Shown piece by piece: positions 45,362 through 54,600 of a stretch of DNA of 58,252 nucleotides (positions are counted from its first letter, which is position 1; each line of letters starts with the position of its first letter). Position numbers and translations under genes: made by a program. Under the pieces are notes generated by a model. That model was not told the origin of the DNA. It saw only the letters and a program-made list of their open reading frames with translations, and did not search any database. The stretch comes from Elusimicrobiales bacterium (lineage in GTDB: Bacteria; Elusimicrobiota; Elusimicrobia; Elusimicrobiales; UBA9959): contig JBBRDG010000006.1 of NCBI GenBank assembly GCA_038204165.1, forward strand, positions 1 through 58,252, read 5' to 3'.

Positions 45362-47614
45362 TTACCAGCTGAAAGACATACCCGCGCTGGGGGTTATTAC
45401 ACTGCCAGCGCTGCCGTAGCCCATGCCGCCGGCGAACGTTATGTGATCCCCTGCCCTGCCTTTAAGGCCAAGGGCCATAGCGTTCTGGCCGCGGAAGTGA
45501 CCGTAGCCTACGCCGGCGGAGAAAGTGTCCCCGGGAGCGGGAGCCGGCACCGAGGCCATTGCGGCCACGCTGGCTATACCAGAGTACACCTGTTTCATCT
45601 GCTTAAAGTTAACCGCGTCGTAATCCGTTTTGCCGTCCCGCACACCGGTAACCCGCACGGGTTCGCCATTGGTGCCGCGGTAAGTAGCGCCGCCGTCGTC
45701 CAGCGTCATGCTGGTAGAATGCGTACCGCCGCTAAGCACGGTTTTGGATTCGGCTATTGCTATACCGTGGGTGTTGCCTATACCGTTGGTCAGCGTCAGC
45801 GAGGCTGAGCCTTCGGTAGCCGCGGTGTTGGTAATACTTATTTTACCTATGGCGTCCGCGGTGGCGTGGTCGCTAACCTCGCCCTTATTGATAATAATAG
45901 TGGAACCGGTGGTGGCCTGGGCGGCCCCCGCCAGATTGCTGCCGCCGCCCACGACCGTGGTCTGGGCAGAAGTGGCCGCGGTATAGGTCAGCGTGCCGTT
46001 GATGTACATGTTGCCGTCCACCAGCGTGTCTCCCTGTATGCGGTTTACGTAGGTAACGCCGCGTACAAGGGCCTGGCTGGCTATGGTGCCGTTGTCGAGG
46101 CCGCCAGAGCCGGGAACGGTCTGGGCAGCGTTGTAAGTGGTAAGACCGTTGGAAACTCCGCTAACGGCATTTGCCGCGCCCGCGGTGATAGCCGCGGTGG
46201 TGGCGTTGGTCTGCACCCGCCCGGCTGCGGCCAGATCCACGCCCATATAGACACTGTTGTTGGCTACAGTAATTTTACCGTTGCCGGCGTACTCGTTAAG
46301 GGTGGTGGCGGAGTTGGTATTGCCGATATTGGTGATAGAGCCGTTTGTTGCCGTATTGATGTTGGTGGTTTTCGCCTCTATGTTGTTAATCCCAGTGGTG
46401 GCGTTGGCTGTTATATTATTTACACCATTGGCCCCGGTGGCAGTCATGCTGTTGGAACCGTTGTTCCCGTTAGCCTCTATGGTGTTTGACTGGCTGGCCG
46501 CGTTGGCGATCATGCTGTTGCTGCCGGCCGTAGCCGTTATGGTGTTATTGCCCGTGGTTGCAATAACCGTGTTGCCGGTACCGCCGGTAAGCTGGTTCTG
46601 GGCCGCGGCATTGAGCACATTGTTGGTGCCGGCGGTCAGGGTATTAGCTCCGGTGGTGGCCGTCATGCCGTTGCTGTTGGTCGCGGTAATCGTATTTGTG
46701 TTAGTGGCAGTTATCGCATTGGTGAGACCGGTAACAGTATTATTGGAAGTGCCCACGGTACCTATTCTATTGGTGGTGCCATTGGCAGTCAGATTACCGG
46801 TAAGGGTGGTAGTGTCATTTATATCATTGCCCAGGGTGGTATTACCGTTAACGTTAAGGGTCGTGGAGAGGGTGGTCGCCCCGGAAACGCCCAGTGTACC
46901 GCCGATGGTCTGACTGACTCCCACGGTTAAGTTGCCGGCTATGCTACCGCTGTTGGTGACGCTGAGTGACGCCAGCGTAGCCAACCCGTTCACATTTGCA
47001 TTTCCGCTGATGGTGGTAACGTCTGCGGTGTCGTTGCCCAGGGTGGTGCTTCCCGTGGTGGCAAGGGTGGTAACCCCGGATACGGCCCCGGCATTAGAAA
47101 TACCGCCATTGGTGTTATCCAGGCCGACTATAGTGGCCACACCGGAAGCGCTTATGGTGGTAACACCGGCCAAAGAACCGACGTTTAAAATACCGTTGCT
47201 GGCGTTATTATGGAGGACAACACTGCCCGACAGTGTGTCGATATTGGCCTGCAGCGCTGTATCGGCTGCGCTGCGCGTACCAGCCTCTGTGCTGATGTCG
47301 CCCGCTGTTGCAATAGCGCTTCCATTCAAGGTAGCCGCCCCTGAAGTTACTATTTTTACGCCGTAAGTGCCGCCGTTAATCATAATGCCATTGTTGTACA
47401 AATTACCATCCGTAGCATGAACGACCGTGGTGGCGTTCATCTGATTAATATCCCCGGCCAAGTCAATAGAGATGAAGGGAGCGGTATAGGGTGGGTCGAC
47501 AAGGGCAAAAGCTGAGCCAGTTCCCGGGCCGAATATTAAGATAGAAATAAGCCCCAGGACCAGCCCTTTCTCATACTGCTCAAGCAAGATCTTGGTTGTT
47601 TTGTTTAGTTTCAT
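45362..47614 (-). CDS. Trimeric autotransporter adhesin (YadA-like)
   Basis: T/N/G/A-rich passenger; neck motif VTGVRDG....DAVNFKQM; anchor GIASVAAM...GYGHFRGQNAMALG...FSW. Confidence 0.88.
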   Translation of the reverse strand: MKLNKTTKILLEQYEKGLVLGLISILIFGPGTGSAFALVDPPYTAPFISIDLAGDINQMNATTVVHATDGNLYNNGIMINGGTYGVKIVTSGAATLNGSAIATAGDISTEAGTRSAADTALQANIDTLSGSVVLHNNASNGILNVGSLAGVTTISASGVATIVGLDNTNGGISNAGAVSGVTTLATTGSTTLGNDTADVTTISGNANVNGLATLASLSVTNSGSIAGNLTVGVSQTIGGTLGVSGATTLSTTLNVNGNTTLGNDINDTTTLTGNLTANGTTNRIGTVGTSNNTVTGLTNAITATNTNTITATNSNGMTATTGANTLTAGTNNVLNAAAQNQLTGGTGNTVIATTGNNTITATAGSNSMIANAASQSNTIEANGNNGSNSMTATGANGVNNITANATTGINNIEAKTTNINTATNGSITNIGNTNSATTLNEYAGNGKITVANNSVYMGVDLAAAGRVQTNATTAAITAGAANAVSGVSNGLTTYNAAQTVPGSGGLDNGTIASQALVRGVTYVNRIQGDTLVDGNMYINGTLTYTAATSAQTTVVGGGSNLAGAAQATTGSTIIINKGEVSDHATADAIGKISITNTAATEGSASLTLTNGIGNTHGIAIAESKTVLSGGTHSTSMTLDDGGATYRGTNGEPVRVTGVRDGKTDYDAVNFKQMKQVYSGIASVAAMASVPAPAPGDTFSAGVGYGHFRGQNAMALGLKGRAGDHITFAGGMGYGSAGSVITPSAGMSFSW

Positions 47615-47627
47615 CGCGTTCCTCCAG

Positions 47628-48257
47628 CTAGTTAAGAACTTCTTTTTTTATTATCACACAGCCGCTGCCTGCCGGCATAAAAAATATTTTAACGGCGCCG
47701 GCGTCCATTATGCTTATGTCTTTGCGCAGCGGCGCGGCAGACTTTACCGCCGGGAAAGCCGTTTTCTGCACCTCGGCGCAGGCCCGGGTGGAATATTCCA
47801 CGGCGTCATAAACAGCGCCGCAGCCGCCTTCGGCATCCGGGGAAAAAGAAGCGCTGGCGTACATGGGCCCGCTTGCCGCGGCCGGCTGTAATTCAAAAGA
47901 CGCTGAAAAAACGGTATGGTCCGGCCGCTGGGCCGGCAGAAAAAGATAGGCCCCGCTCTGGTTGCTGCCGGTAAGGTATTTAGAAACCTGTTCTATGCGG
48001 CGCGCGCAGGCCAACACCCCACCCCTGACCGCGGCCTCCGTAACACCGCTGACAGCCGAAGCGGCGCGCGGCGCGGCCTGCTGCGCTGCGGGAACGCTTG
48101 ACTGGGCGGCAGGTTTGGCCGGGACAGCCGGAGGCGTTGCTGTAACGGATGCCGGTTCAGCGGCAACAAAAGAAGGTAAGGTTAACAGGAATAAGGCAAT
48201 AAACAGGCTGAAAAATCCCAGGCAGAACCAGGTCTTACGGTGAAATGAGGTATTCAT
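47628..48257 (-). CDS. Secreted hypothetical protein, first gene of the adhesin operon
   Basis: Signal peptide, Ala/Pro linker and four-Cys globular domain; 13 nt upstream of the adhesin. Confidence 0.75.
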   Translation of the reverse strand: MNTSFHRKTWFCLGFFSLFIALFLLTLPSFVAAEPASVTATPPAVPAKPAAQSSVPAAQQAAPRAASAVSGVTEAAVRGGVLACARRIEQVSKYLTGSNQSGAYLFLPAQRPDHTVFSASFELQPAAASGPMYASASFSPDAEGGCGAVYDAVEYSTRACAEVQKTAFPAVKSAAPLRKDISIMDAGAVKIFFMPAGSGCVIIKKEVLN

Positions 48258-48419
48258 GCCCGTAGACTATATCAGAAAGCTTTTAGGTAAAAGTTCCGCG
48301 CTCAACAATTTTCATTATTGAGTAAGCAAAAAAATATTTTATTTTCACTCGGGAAAGGACGCGTAGGTAAAGTCGGCCTTAAATTTATCTTAAATATTCA
48401 AAAATCAGTCCGGCCGCGG

Positions 48420-49106
48420 TCAATCCAGAATATACCCTGCGCCAGACACGGTGCGCAACCTTGTGGAAAATTTTTTCCCGAGCTTGCGGCGCAGGCTGGA
48501 AACATGCACCTCCACGGTGCGCGTGTCGCTATAGAGGCTAAGATCGTAACCCCAGACGGATTCCAGCAGGCCGGCGGCGGCCAGCACCTTGCCACGGGCG
48601 CGCAGGAAAGAAGAGAGCAGGTCAAATTCTTTACGGGTCAAGCTTACTTCGCGCCGGCCGCGCCTTACCCTGCGGGACTGCATATCCAGCGCAAGGCCGT
48701 ATTCCTCCAGCACCTGGGTGGAACTGTTAAGCACCGAAAACCGGCGTAGCACGGCCTCTATCTTGGCCAGCAAGAGGCGCGGCACCAGGGGCTTTATCAG
48801 GTAGTCATCAGCGCCGGATTTCAGGCCGTCGGCCTGGTCGCCCGTGCCGCGCTTGGTGGCGGAGATAAGGATTACCGGCAGCGCCTCGGTGGCCGGCCTG
48901 CCCCGCAGGGCCCGGCAGAAAGCCCGGCCATCACCGTCGGGCAGGACCACATCCAGCAGCAACAGGTCGGCGCCGCCGGCCGCCAGCAACTTTTCCAATC
49001 CAGCCAGACTGGTAGCCGTTTCCACAGCATAGCCGTGCCGCCGCAATTGGGCAGGCATGATCCGCAGCAGTACGGGGTCGTCGTCTACCAGCAGTATCTT
49101 AGGCAA
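48420..49106 (-). CDS. OmpR-family response regulator
   Basis: LLVDDD, LLDVVLP, GADDYLIKP, LTRKEFDLL and RTVEVHVSSLRRKL. Confidence 0.92.
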   Translation of the reverse strand: MPKILLVDDDPVLLRIMPAQLRRHGYAVETATSLAGLEKLLAAGGADLLLLDVVLPDGDGRAFCRALRGRPATEALPVILISATKRGTGDQADGLKSGADDYLIKPLVPRLLLAKIEAVLRRFSVLNSSTQVLEEYGLALDMQSRRVRRGRREVSLTRKEFDLLSSFLRARGKVLAAAGLLESVWGYDLSLYSDTRTVEVHVSSLRRKLGKKFSTRLRTVSGAGYILD

Positions 49107-51207
49107 ATTTCATCTCCCCCTCCAGCTCATCGGCCAGCTTCAGGGCCGCCGGGCTGTCGCCGCGCAGAGCAGCGGCCTCCAGCCGCCCCGCGGCCGCCTG
49201 GATAGAAACAAATCCGGCCGTGGCGGCGGCGCTCTTGCACGCATGCGCCTGCAGGGCCAGGGCTTTCATATCGGTGGCGGCGGCAGCGGCCCGCACCCGC
49301 CCCGCAAGCCCGGCCGCTTCCTCCCGGAAAACGTTCAGGGTATCCTCGGCCAGGGCGGAGTCGCCGTCATAGCGCCCAAGCAATTCCGCTCTGGCTTTAA
49401 TAACCCGCTCATCTTCCCCCAGGCAGAGCACCCCGGCGGCGCTTTCCACCGCGGCGTAAAGCTGGGCAACTGTAAAAGGCTTGGTAAGGTAGCCGCGCAT
49501 GCCGGCGGCCAGGCAGCGCGCTCTCTCTTCCGGCATGGCGTGGGCAGTAAAAGCCACAACCGGCGGCAAAGCCGTCCCACGCAGGGCGGCCATAACTTCT
49601 ATTCCGTCCATGTCCGGCAACTTCAGGTCCAACAGCGCAATGTCATACCCACCGCGGCGCAATAGCTCCAAACCGGTCCTGCCGTCTACCGCACAAGTAA
49701 CGGCATGGCCGCGACGCTCCAGCAACTGCGTAGCCACCCTGCGATTGGTTTCCGTATCCTCAATTAGCAGCACCCGCAATTTTTTTGCAGCCGGCCCGGG
49801 CTTAAACTCAGCGCGAACAGGCAGGCCTTCCGGAGCCGCAGGCAGCGGCAGCTCAAACAGGAATGAGGCGCCTTCCCCCTCCCGGCTCTCCACCTTAAGC
49901 TCTCCGCCCATAAGCGAGACCAGCTCTCTGGAAATAGTCAGCCCCAGCCCGGCGCCGGCGCCAGGACCATACGCGGAAAACGGCGCAAAGATATCGCCGA
50001 TTTTATCAGGAGAGATTCCGTGCCCCGTATCTACCACAAGGAACCGGACCAGCTCCCGGCCTGTGGTTGCCTCCGAGGCCCGCTCGGCGCGGATCTGCAC
50101 CGCACCAGTCTCAGTAAATTTTATGGCGTTGGAGGCCAGATTGATCAGCACCTGCGTTATGCGCTCAGGGTCCCCCATCAGGACACCGGACGGAACCCCG
50201 GCAGTATCGCATTCCAGCACCAGGCCCTTCTCCGCGGCGGCTGGGCTCAGCAGGTCGGCGGCGGCTTCCACCACAGACTTAAGAGAGAAAGGTTTTTGGC
50301 TAATTGTAAGTTTCCCGGCCTCTACTTTTGCCATATCCAGCACATCGTTAAGCAGCACCAGCAGGGACTCGGAGGACCGCTTTATAGTTTCCAGGTGCGG
50401 CCGCTGCGCCGGGGCCGGAGCCGAGTCCAGCAGCAGATTGGAAAAGCCGATTATAGCGCTCATCGGCGTGCGGAACTCATGGCTCATGGTAGCCAGAAAC
50501 CTGCTCTTGGCTTTATTGGCGGTTTCGGAGGCCTCCCCCTGCGCGCGCAACTCGCCCAGCAGTCGGCTGTTTACCAGCAGGAAGAAATAGTAAGTCAGCA
50601 GGATAAGCAGCATCTGGTAAATAAAGACCAGAATAACATCCACCGGGCGCGACTGAAGAAACTCAGAAACTGTATTACCAAAGATAAAGAGATAGAGCCG
50701 GAAGATGGTAACCACGGCATAAGCCCCAAATACTGCCGCCACACCGCTCGTCATGCGCCGCATCTCCGGGTCTGTCCGGCGCAAAAGCAGCCACAGGCAC
50801 TGAATAAAGATAATGAGTAGCACTGCAGACAAATTCAGGCTACGCACCACAAGATTGGGCGTCACAAAACTGAAGTAGTATTGAACGCCAGTAAACAGCG
50901 TCAGAATTGCCAGATTGAAAGCCGGGTAGCTCTTTTTTCCAAGGAACTGTGACAGCCCGGTATAAAGAGCAATCATTCCGCCCACTATGCAGACATTGCC
51001 TACCACATAAGACAAGAAATCAGGAATCTGCCCCCGGAGAACGAGCAGACCCATGCCGATGACCTGCAGCACATAGTCCAGCAGCCAGAAGGAAAGACCC
51101 GCATAGCGCTTGCGGTTCTGGCGCCACAATTGGGCCATCACAATGGCACATATAATATTGTTAATTGCGCCGCCTAAAATGATAGTCCGCATATCAATTG
51201 AAAGCAT
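49099..51207 (-). CDS. Membrane-bound hybrid histidine kinase (HisKA-HATPase-REC-Hpt)
   Basis: About 7 TM helices, KSRFLATMSHEFRTP, NLASNAIKFT, DTGHGI, GLGLTIS, LLDLKLP and Hpt AHACKS. Confidence 0.92.
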   Translation of the reverse strand: MLSIDMRTIILGGAINNIICAIVMAQLWRQNRKRYAGLSFWLLDYVLQVIGMGLLVLRGQIPDFLSYVVGNVCIVGGMIALYTGLSQFLGKKSYPAFNLAILTLFTGVQYYFSFVTPNLVVRSLNLSAVLLIIFIQCLWLLLRRTDPEMRRMTSGVAAVFGAYAVVTIFRLYLFIFGNTVSEFLQSRPVDVILVFIYQMLLILLTYYFFLLVNSRLLGELRAQGEASETANKAKSRFLATMSHEFRTPMSAIIGFSNLLLDSAPAPAQRPHLETIKRSSESLLVLLNDVLDMAKVEAGKLTISQKPFSLKSVVEAAADLLSPAAAEKGLVLECDTAGVPSGVLMGDPERITQVLINLASNAIKFTETGAVQIRAERASEATTGRELVRFLVVDTGHGISPDKIGDIFAPFSAYGPGAGAGLGLTISRELVSLMGGELKVESREGEGASFLFELPLPAAPEGLPVRAEFKPGPAAKKLRVLLIEDTETNRRVATQLLERRGHAVTCAVDGRTGLELLRRGGYDIALLDLKLPDMDGIEVMAALRGTALPPVVAFTAHAMPEERARCLAAGMRGYLTKPFTVAQLYAAVESAAGVLCLGEDERVIKARAELLGRYDGDSALAEDTLNVFREEAAGLAGRVRAAAAATDMKALALQAHACKSAAATAGFVSIQAAAGRLEAAALRGDSPAALKLADELEGEMKFA

Positions 51208-51285
51208 TATTTATAATTATATTATATCCGTCTCACAATTTAATGTGCGGCTATAGCTATAAACCCGTCAGGGGATGACGGATTA

Positions 51286-51733
51286 ATCGGGATAGGGGCG
51301 GCGGCAAGTGTGCCGCCGAACCCCTCCCACACCACCGGACATGCGGGTCCGCATCCGGCGGTTTGAAAAGTTGAGGTTACGCCGCAAGTCTTGGCACTTT
51401 CATCTGGTCGAAAAAACTTATGGGGAAAGCGGACTTAAGCGCGCCATGCACGGAGGTTCTCCACCAGTGTCTGACTTGGGCCGCCGCCACGCGGGCCGAC
51501 TGTTCGGATAATCCCCGAACACGCAGTTTCCCTTAGGCCGTCGTCCCGCGTTTCCACTGTTTAAGTTGCACCGCGATAAGGCGTCGGCGTATCCAGCCGT
51601 CCAGTTCGCTGAATTTACCCGGCGTATCCGCCAGCCGGTAGTATTCCTTCCAGCCCAGCAGCTATTTCCGTAATTCCACGAACACCGACTTCATACCCTT
51701 CCCGCCTTTCCGGCGTGTAATCTGCCTGATTCG
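51286..51733 (-). mobile_element. 5'-truncated class C group II intron
   Basis: Domain V ACCGCCGGATGCGGACCCGCATGTCCGGTGGT (CGC triad, ~51331-51362); domain VI ending CCTATCCCGAT at 51286. Confidence 0.88.
51377..51733 (-). pseudogene. Group II intron RT/maturase C-terminal (domain X) fragment
   Basis: RIRQITRR...K*LLGWKEYYRLADTPGKFSELDGWIRRRL...QWKRGTTA*GKL...; in-frame stops at 51662-64 and 51533-35. Confidence 0.85.
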
Positions 51734-51744
51734 TAAATATGATA

Positions 51745-51803
51745 GGGGACGTACATGACTATATGACTAGTTATTAACAAGTCATTATAGGTGGAACGTC
51801 ACC
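51745..51803. repeat. 59-bp hairpin (REP/MITE-like) element
   Basis: GGGGACGT...CTATA-TGACT-aGTTAtTAACa-AGTCA-tTATAG...ACGTCACC. Confidence 0.55.
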
Positions 51804-51836
51804 AATATTACCAGTTCAGGATCCCGGAGTACCAAT

Positions 51837-52200
51837 TGTAGGAAACATAAGAGCGATTATCGCTTCTCTTCCTGGTAGAACCTTCCCTTTTCCTTGGTTG
51901 AAAAATTTGCGCGCGCGCTTCCCCTACCGCTTTAATACAATACCTGCGTACGTGGACTACACTTTCAATGTGACTACGGACACTATCTTGTGCCGTATCG
52001 AGCGCTATGCGTATCAGACGGCCCACCCGCGGGTCCAGTTGGCTGTCTTCTTCAGGCGGGGCACGTTTTGTTGCACATAAAGCCTGGCTGGACATCGGCC
52101 TAAATACCGGAAAGCCGGTCGGCTGCCCCAGGTGGGTTAAGAGCCGCACAAGTTCTTTGTCGTCAAAGATCGCGGCTACCGGCTTTAGTTCAAGCTTGCA
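51837..52200 (-). mobile_element. IS91/ISCR-like transposase C-terminal remnant plus oriIS, copy 2
   Basis: CKLELKPVAAIFDDKELVRLLTHLGQPT...RAPP resembles the IS91-family C-terminus; downstream GCTCTTATGTTTCCTAC resembles oriIS (TTCCTA core). Confidence 0.65.
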
Positions 52201-52245
52201 TTGGTTTGACTTTATTCCTACTCCTTTGTATTTCGCCTGAATGAT

Positions 52246-54600
52246 TTAGCGCCGCCCGTACCATTCAAGGAGAGTCGTTACTACATTCCCCTGGGACTGG
52301 GTATTGATAAGGCCGGTTTGTATCGCCAGGTTGGAGGAGAGGCGCTTGCGCAGTTGTACGCCACTGCTCTCACCGCCGGAGCCAAGCTGCAGGGTGGCGC
52401 CTCCTGGCAGCCGGAGCTTTACCGTATAGGTTCTGGAGACGGGATCATAACCCACATAATCTACCGGAGTCGAGGCCAGCAGATATAACGAGGCCAGGCC
52501 GAAAGCGCTGTTGGCCACCGCCGTCTGGGCGCTGGCCGCGCTCGACTGCTGGTCCGAGTCCAGTTCTCCTGGCGATTTCCCGAAGAGCAGCATGGCCATG
52601 ATGTCGGCCTGACTCCTGGGCGGGTTGCTCTCGAACTCGACCCGCGGTTTCTGAACGGTTCCCAACAGGCGGATGAGGATCTTGGCCTCCGCCGCTTTAT
52701 AAATTATCAACCCGTCGAGATCCATGAGGTCGGACCCGGCGCGGCCGGTAAGCCGTATATGGTCGAAGGACGCGATCCGGCGGAAGATCACGGCCCGAAA
52801 CGGCTTTACCGCCACCGTTCCCGCCATTGGGCCGGGCGGGAGGCTGAGCTTGATATCCACCTCTATGGGAACCGGATCTTTGGCCATATTGGAGTAGAGG
52901 CGCACAGGCTTGGCGGTCTTTATGAGTATCTGTCCGCGGATCGCCGAGTAAGGTTTTTTGCCTGGATGTTTCCGTTCCTCCTCCCGGGCCTGGTCCGCTT
53001 TGTCAAACTCCGCCCCGGTCTGAATGCGGCTGTCCGGAACGAAAGCGGCCATGCCCCTGAGGTCTAACCGGGGAAGCTGCAGCGCGATATCCTGCAGCAG
53101 AACGTCGGTTTCATTGCTGAAGGAACGCCCCGGCGCCCAGAGCCCGGCCGCTGCCAGCTTGCCGTTGATCCTGAATTTCAGGCTCTGCCGTCCCGCCGCC
53201 AGGCCGCTTACAACTTCGTAATCGAACTCCTGGACGTTGTTGCGCGAATCGCCAAGACCTTTTACCGAAATAGCAAGAGGCCCGCGCAGCACGTGGACCG
53301 GCGCCGGCACGGAATATGGACTACGGGCGAGATAATCTACCAGGTCCTTGAATCTGGCTACCTTAAGTCCGAAGTCCAGCTTATGGCTTATCTTGAGCCC
53401 CTGAACCTGGCTGGTGCGTCCGGAAACCGTGGCGTCGAGGACGCCAGAAAATTCGTACCAGTCCTTGGCGGGCTTTATGGTAGCCGACACCTCGGCGTTA
53501 AAATGGTCGGCCGCGAGCATTTCAGGAGTGGAACTAGCGCTGATAACCAGCCTGCTCTCGATAAGTTTGGCCAGGTTAAGGCTGGCCCTTTTCAGGCCGA
53601 AAGCCTCGGGTTCCAGTTCGAAGGCACCGTCAAACTTGAGCGTATCCCATTCGGCGGAATCGCTCTTAAGCCGGACCTTCAGCGCGAACTGCTTCAGCCG
53701 GACGCTCTTAACGGGGCTCTTGGACTCCCATACCCCCGCCGAGCCGGTCAGGGCGAGATCCTGCCCGTCCTTCGAACCTTTAAAATCCCCCTTCAGGCGC
53801 CGCCCCGGCATCCGGGCGGTGGCGCTGAGGCTGAAGGCCAGGGCGCCAGGACCGCTTTTTTCTACCCGGGACTGGAACCTGACGTTTACGTCTTCCGCCT
53901 TAAGGCTGCCCTTTGCGTCCAGGCAGGTAAACTCCTTGTTCCTCAAAAGCTTGGAGTCAACCGTGACCTCGCCGTTATAATGCCTGGTAACGGTACCGTA
54001 ACTGGTTTCAAAGGCCGCCGTGAGCGTAAGCGGCCGGGACCGGGCAGGGTCCAGGTTCAACTTGAGCCCGCCCCGAAGTATTCCGCCGGCCCCGATGATT
54101 TTGTTAGCCGGCAGGTCCACCTTCAGCGCTTCCAGCGTGAAGCCGCGCAGGGCGGCCGGCAAGTTGGGCAGACCAGCGCTCCGCTTCGGCGGCGGCGCAG
54201 TCTTTCCGACGGTCTGGTCCAGCGTAAAGTGCTCCCCGGTAATAATGAACCGTGAGACTTTGGTCAGCTTTACTCCGAAAAAATAAAGGCGCACATTCAC
54301 CTGTACGTCCAGGTCCTTCACGCAGCCCTCCATTGCCAGGGCCGCGTTCTCGAAGCAGAGGTCCCGGGCCCGGAGGCTAACCTGCTTTACCGGGAAGCTC
54401 AGGGAGCTGATATCAAAGTCCAGAGTCTTCCAGCGCGGGTGATAGGCGCCGCCGAAAACCTTAACTGCCCGGGTGACGGTGCCGGTAGTAAGGAACCATT
54501 GCGGCCTGGCTACAATAGCTATGGCCGTCAGCGCGCCCGCGGCCAGCAGAGCGCCGGCCGTAAGTAGAAGAACTAGCAGGAGCTTCTTGAATATGCGCAT
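52246..54600 (-). CDS. TamB-like translocation/assembly module protein
   Basis: Start MRIFKKLL (signal anchor; TGATG overlap); beta-rich; C-terminal GTVQKP...SNPPRSQADIMAMLLFG. Confidence 0.72.
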   Translation of the reverse strand: MRIFKKLLLVLLLTAGALLAAGALTAIAIVARPQWFLTTGTVTRAVKVFGGAYHPRWKTLDFDISSLSFPVKQVSLRARDLCFENAALAMEGCVKDLDVQVNVRLYFFGVKLTKVSRFIITGEHFTLDQTVGKTAPPPKRSAGLPNLPAALRGFTLEALKVDLPANKIIGAGGILRGGLKLNLDPARSRPLTLTAAFETSYGTVTRHYNGEVTVDSKLLRNKEFTCLDAKGSLKAEDVNVRFQSRVEKSGPGALAFSLSATARMPGRRLKGDFKGSKDGQDLALTGSAGVWESKSPVKSVRLKQFALKVRLKSDSAEWDTLKFDGAFELEPEAFGLKRASLNLAKLIESRLVISASSTPEMLAADHFNAEVSATIKPAKDWYEFSGVLDATVSGRTSQVQGLKISHKLDFGLKVARFKDLVDYLARSPYSVPAPVHVLRGPLAISVKGLGDSRNNVQEFDYEVVSGLAAGRQSLKFRINGKLAAAGLWAPGRSFSNETDVLLQDIALQLPRLDLRGMAAFVPDSRIQTGAEFDKADQAREEERKHPGKKPYSAIRGQILIKTAKPVRLYSNMAKDPVPIEVDIKLSLPPGPMAGTVAVKPFRAVIFRRIASFDHIRLTGRAGSDLMDLDGLIIYKAAEAKILIRLLGTVQKPRVEFESNPPRSQADIMAMLLFGKSPGELDSDQQSSAASAQTAVANSAFGLASLYLLASTPVDYVGYDPVSRTYTVKLRLPGGATLQLGSGGESSGVQLRKRLSSNLAIQTGLINTQSQGNVVTTLLEWYGRR

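Noticed and set aside
51377-51733. Stop-codon recoding, or a retron/DGR reverse transcriptase
   Set aside because: Two different stop codons, a missing RT core and adjacent DV/DVI indicate a decayed group II intron
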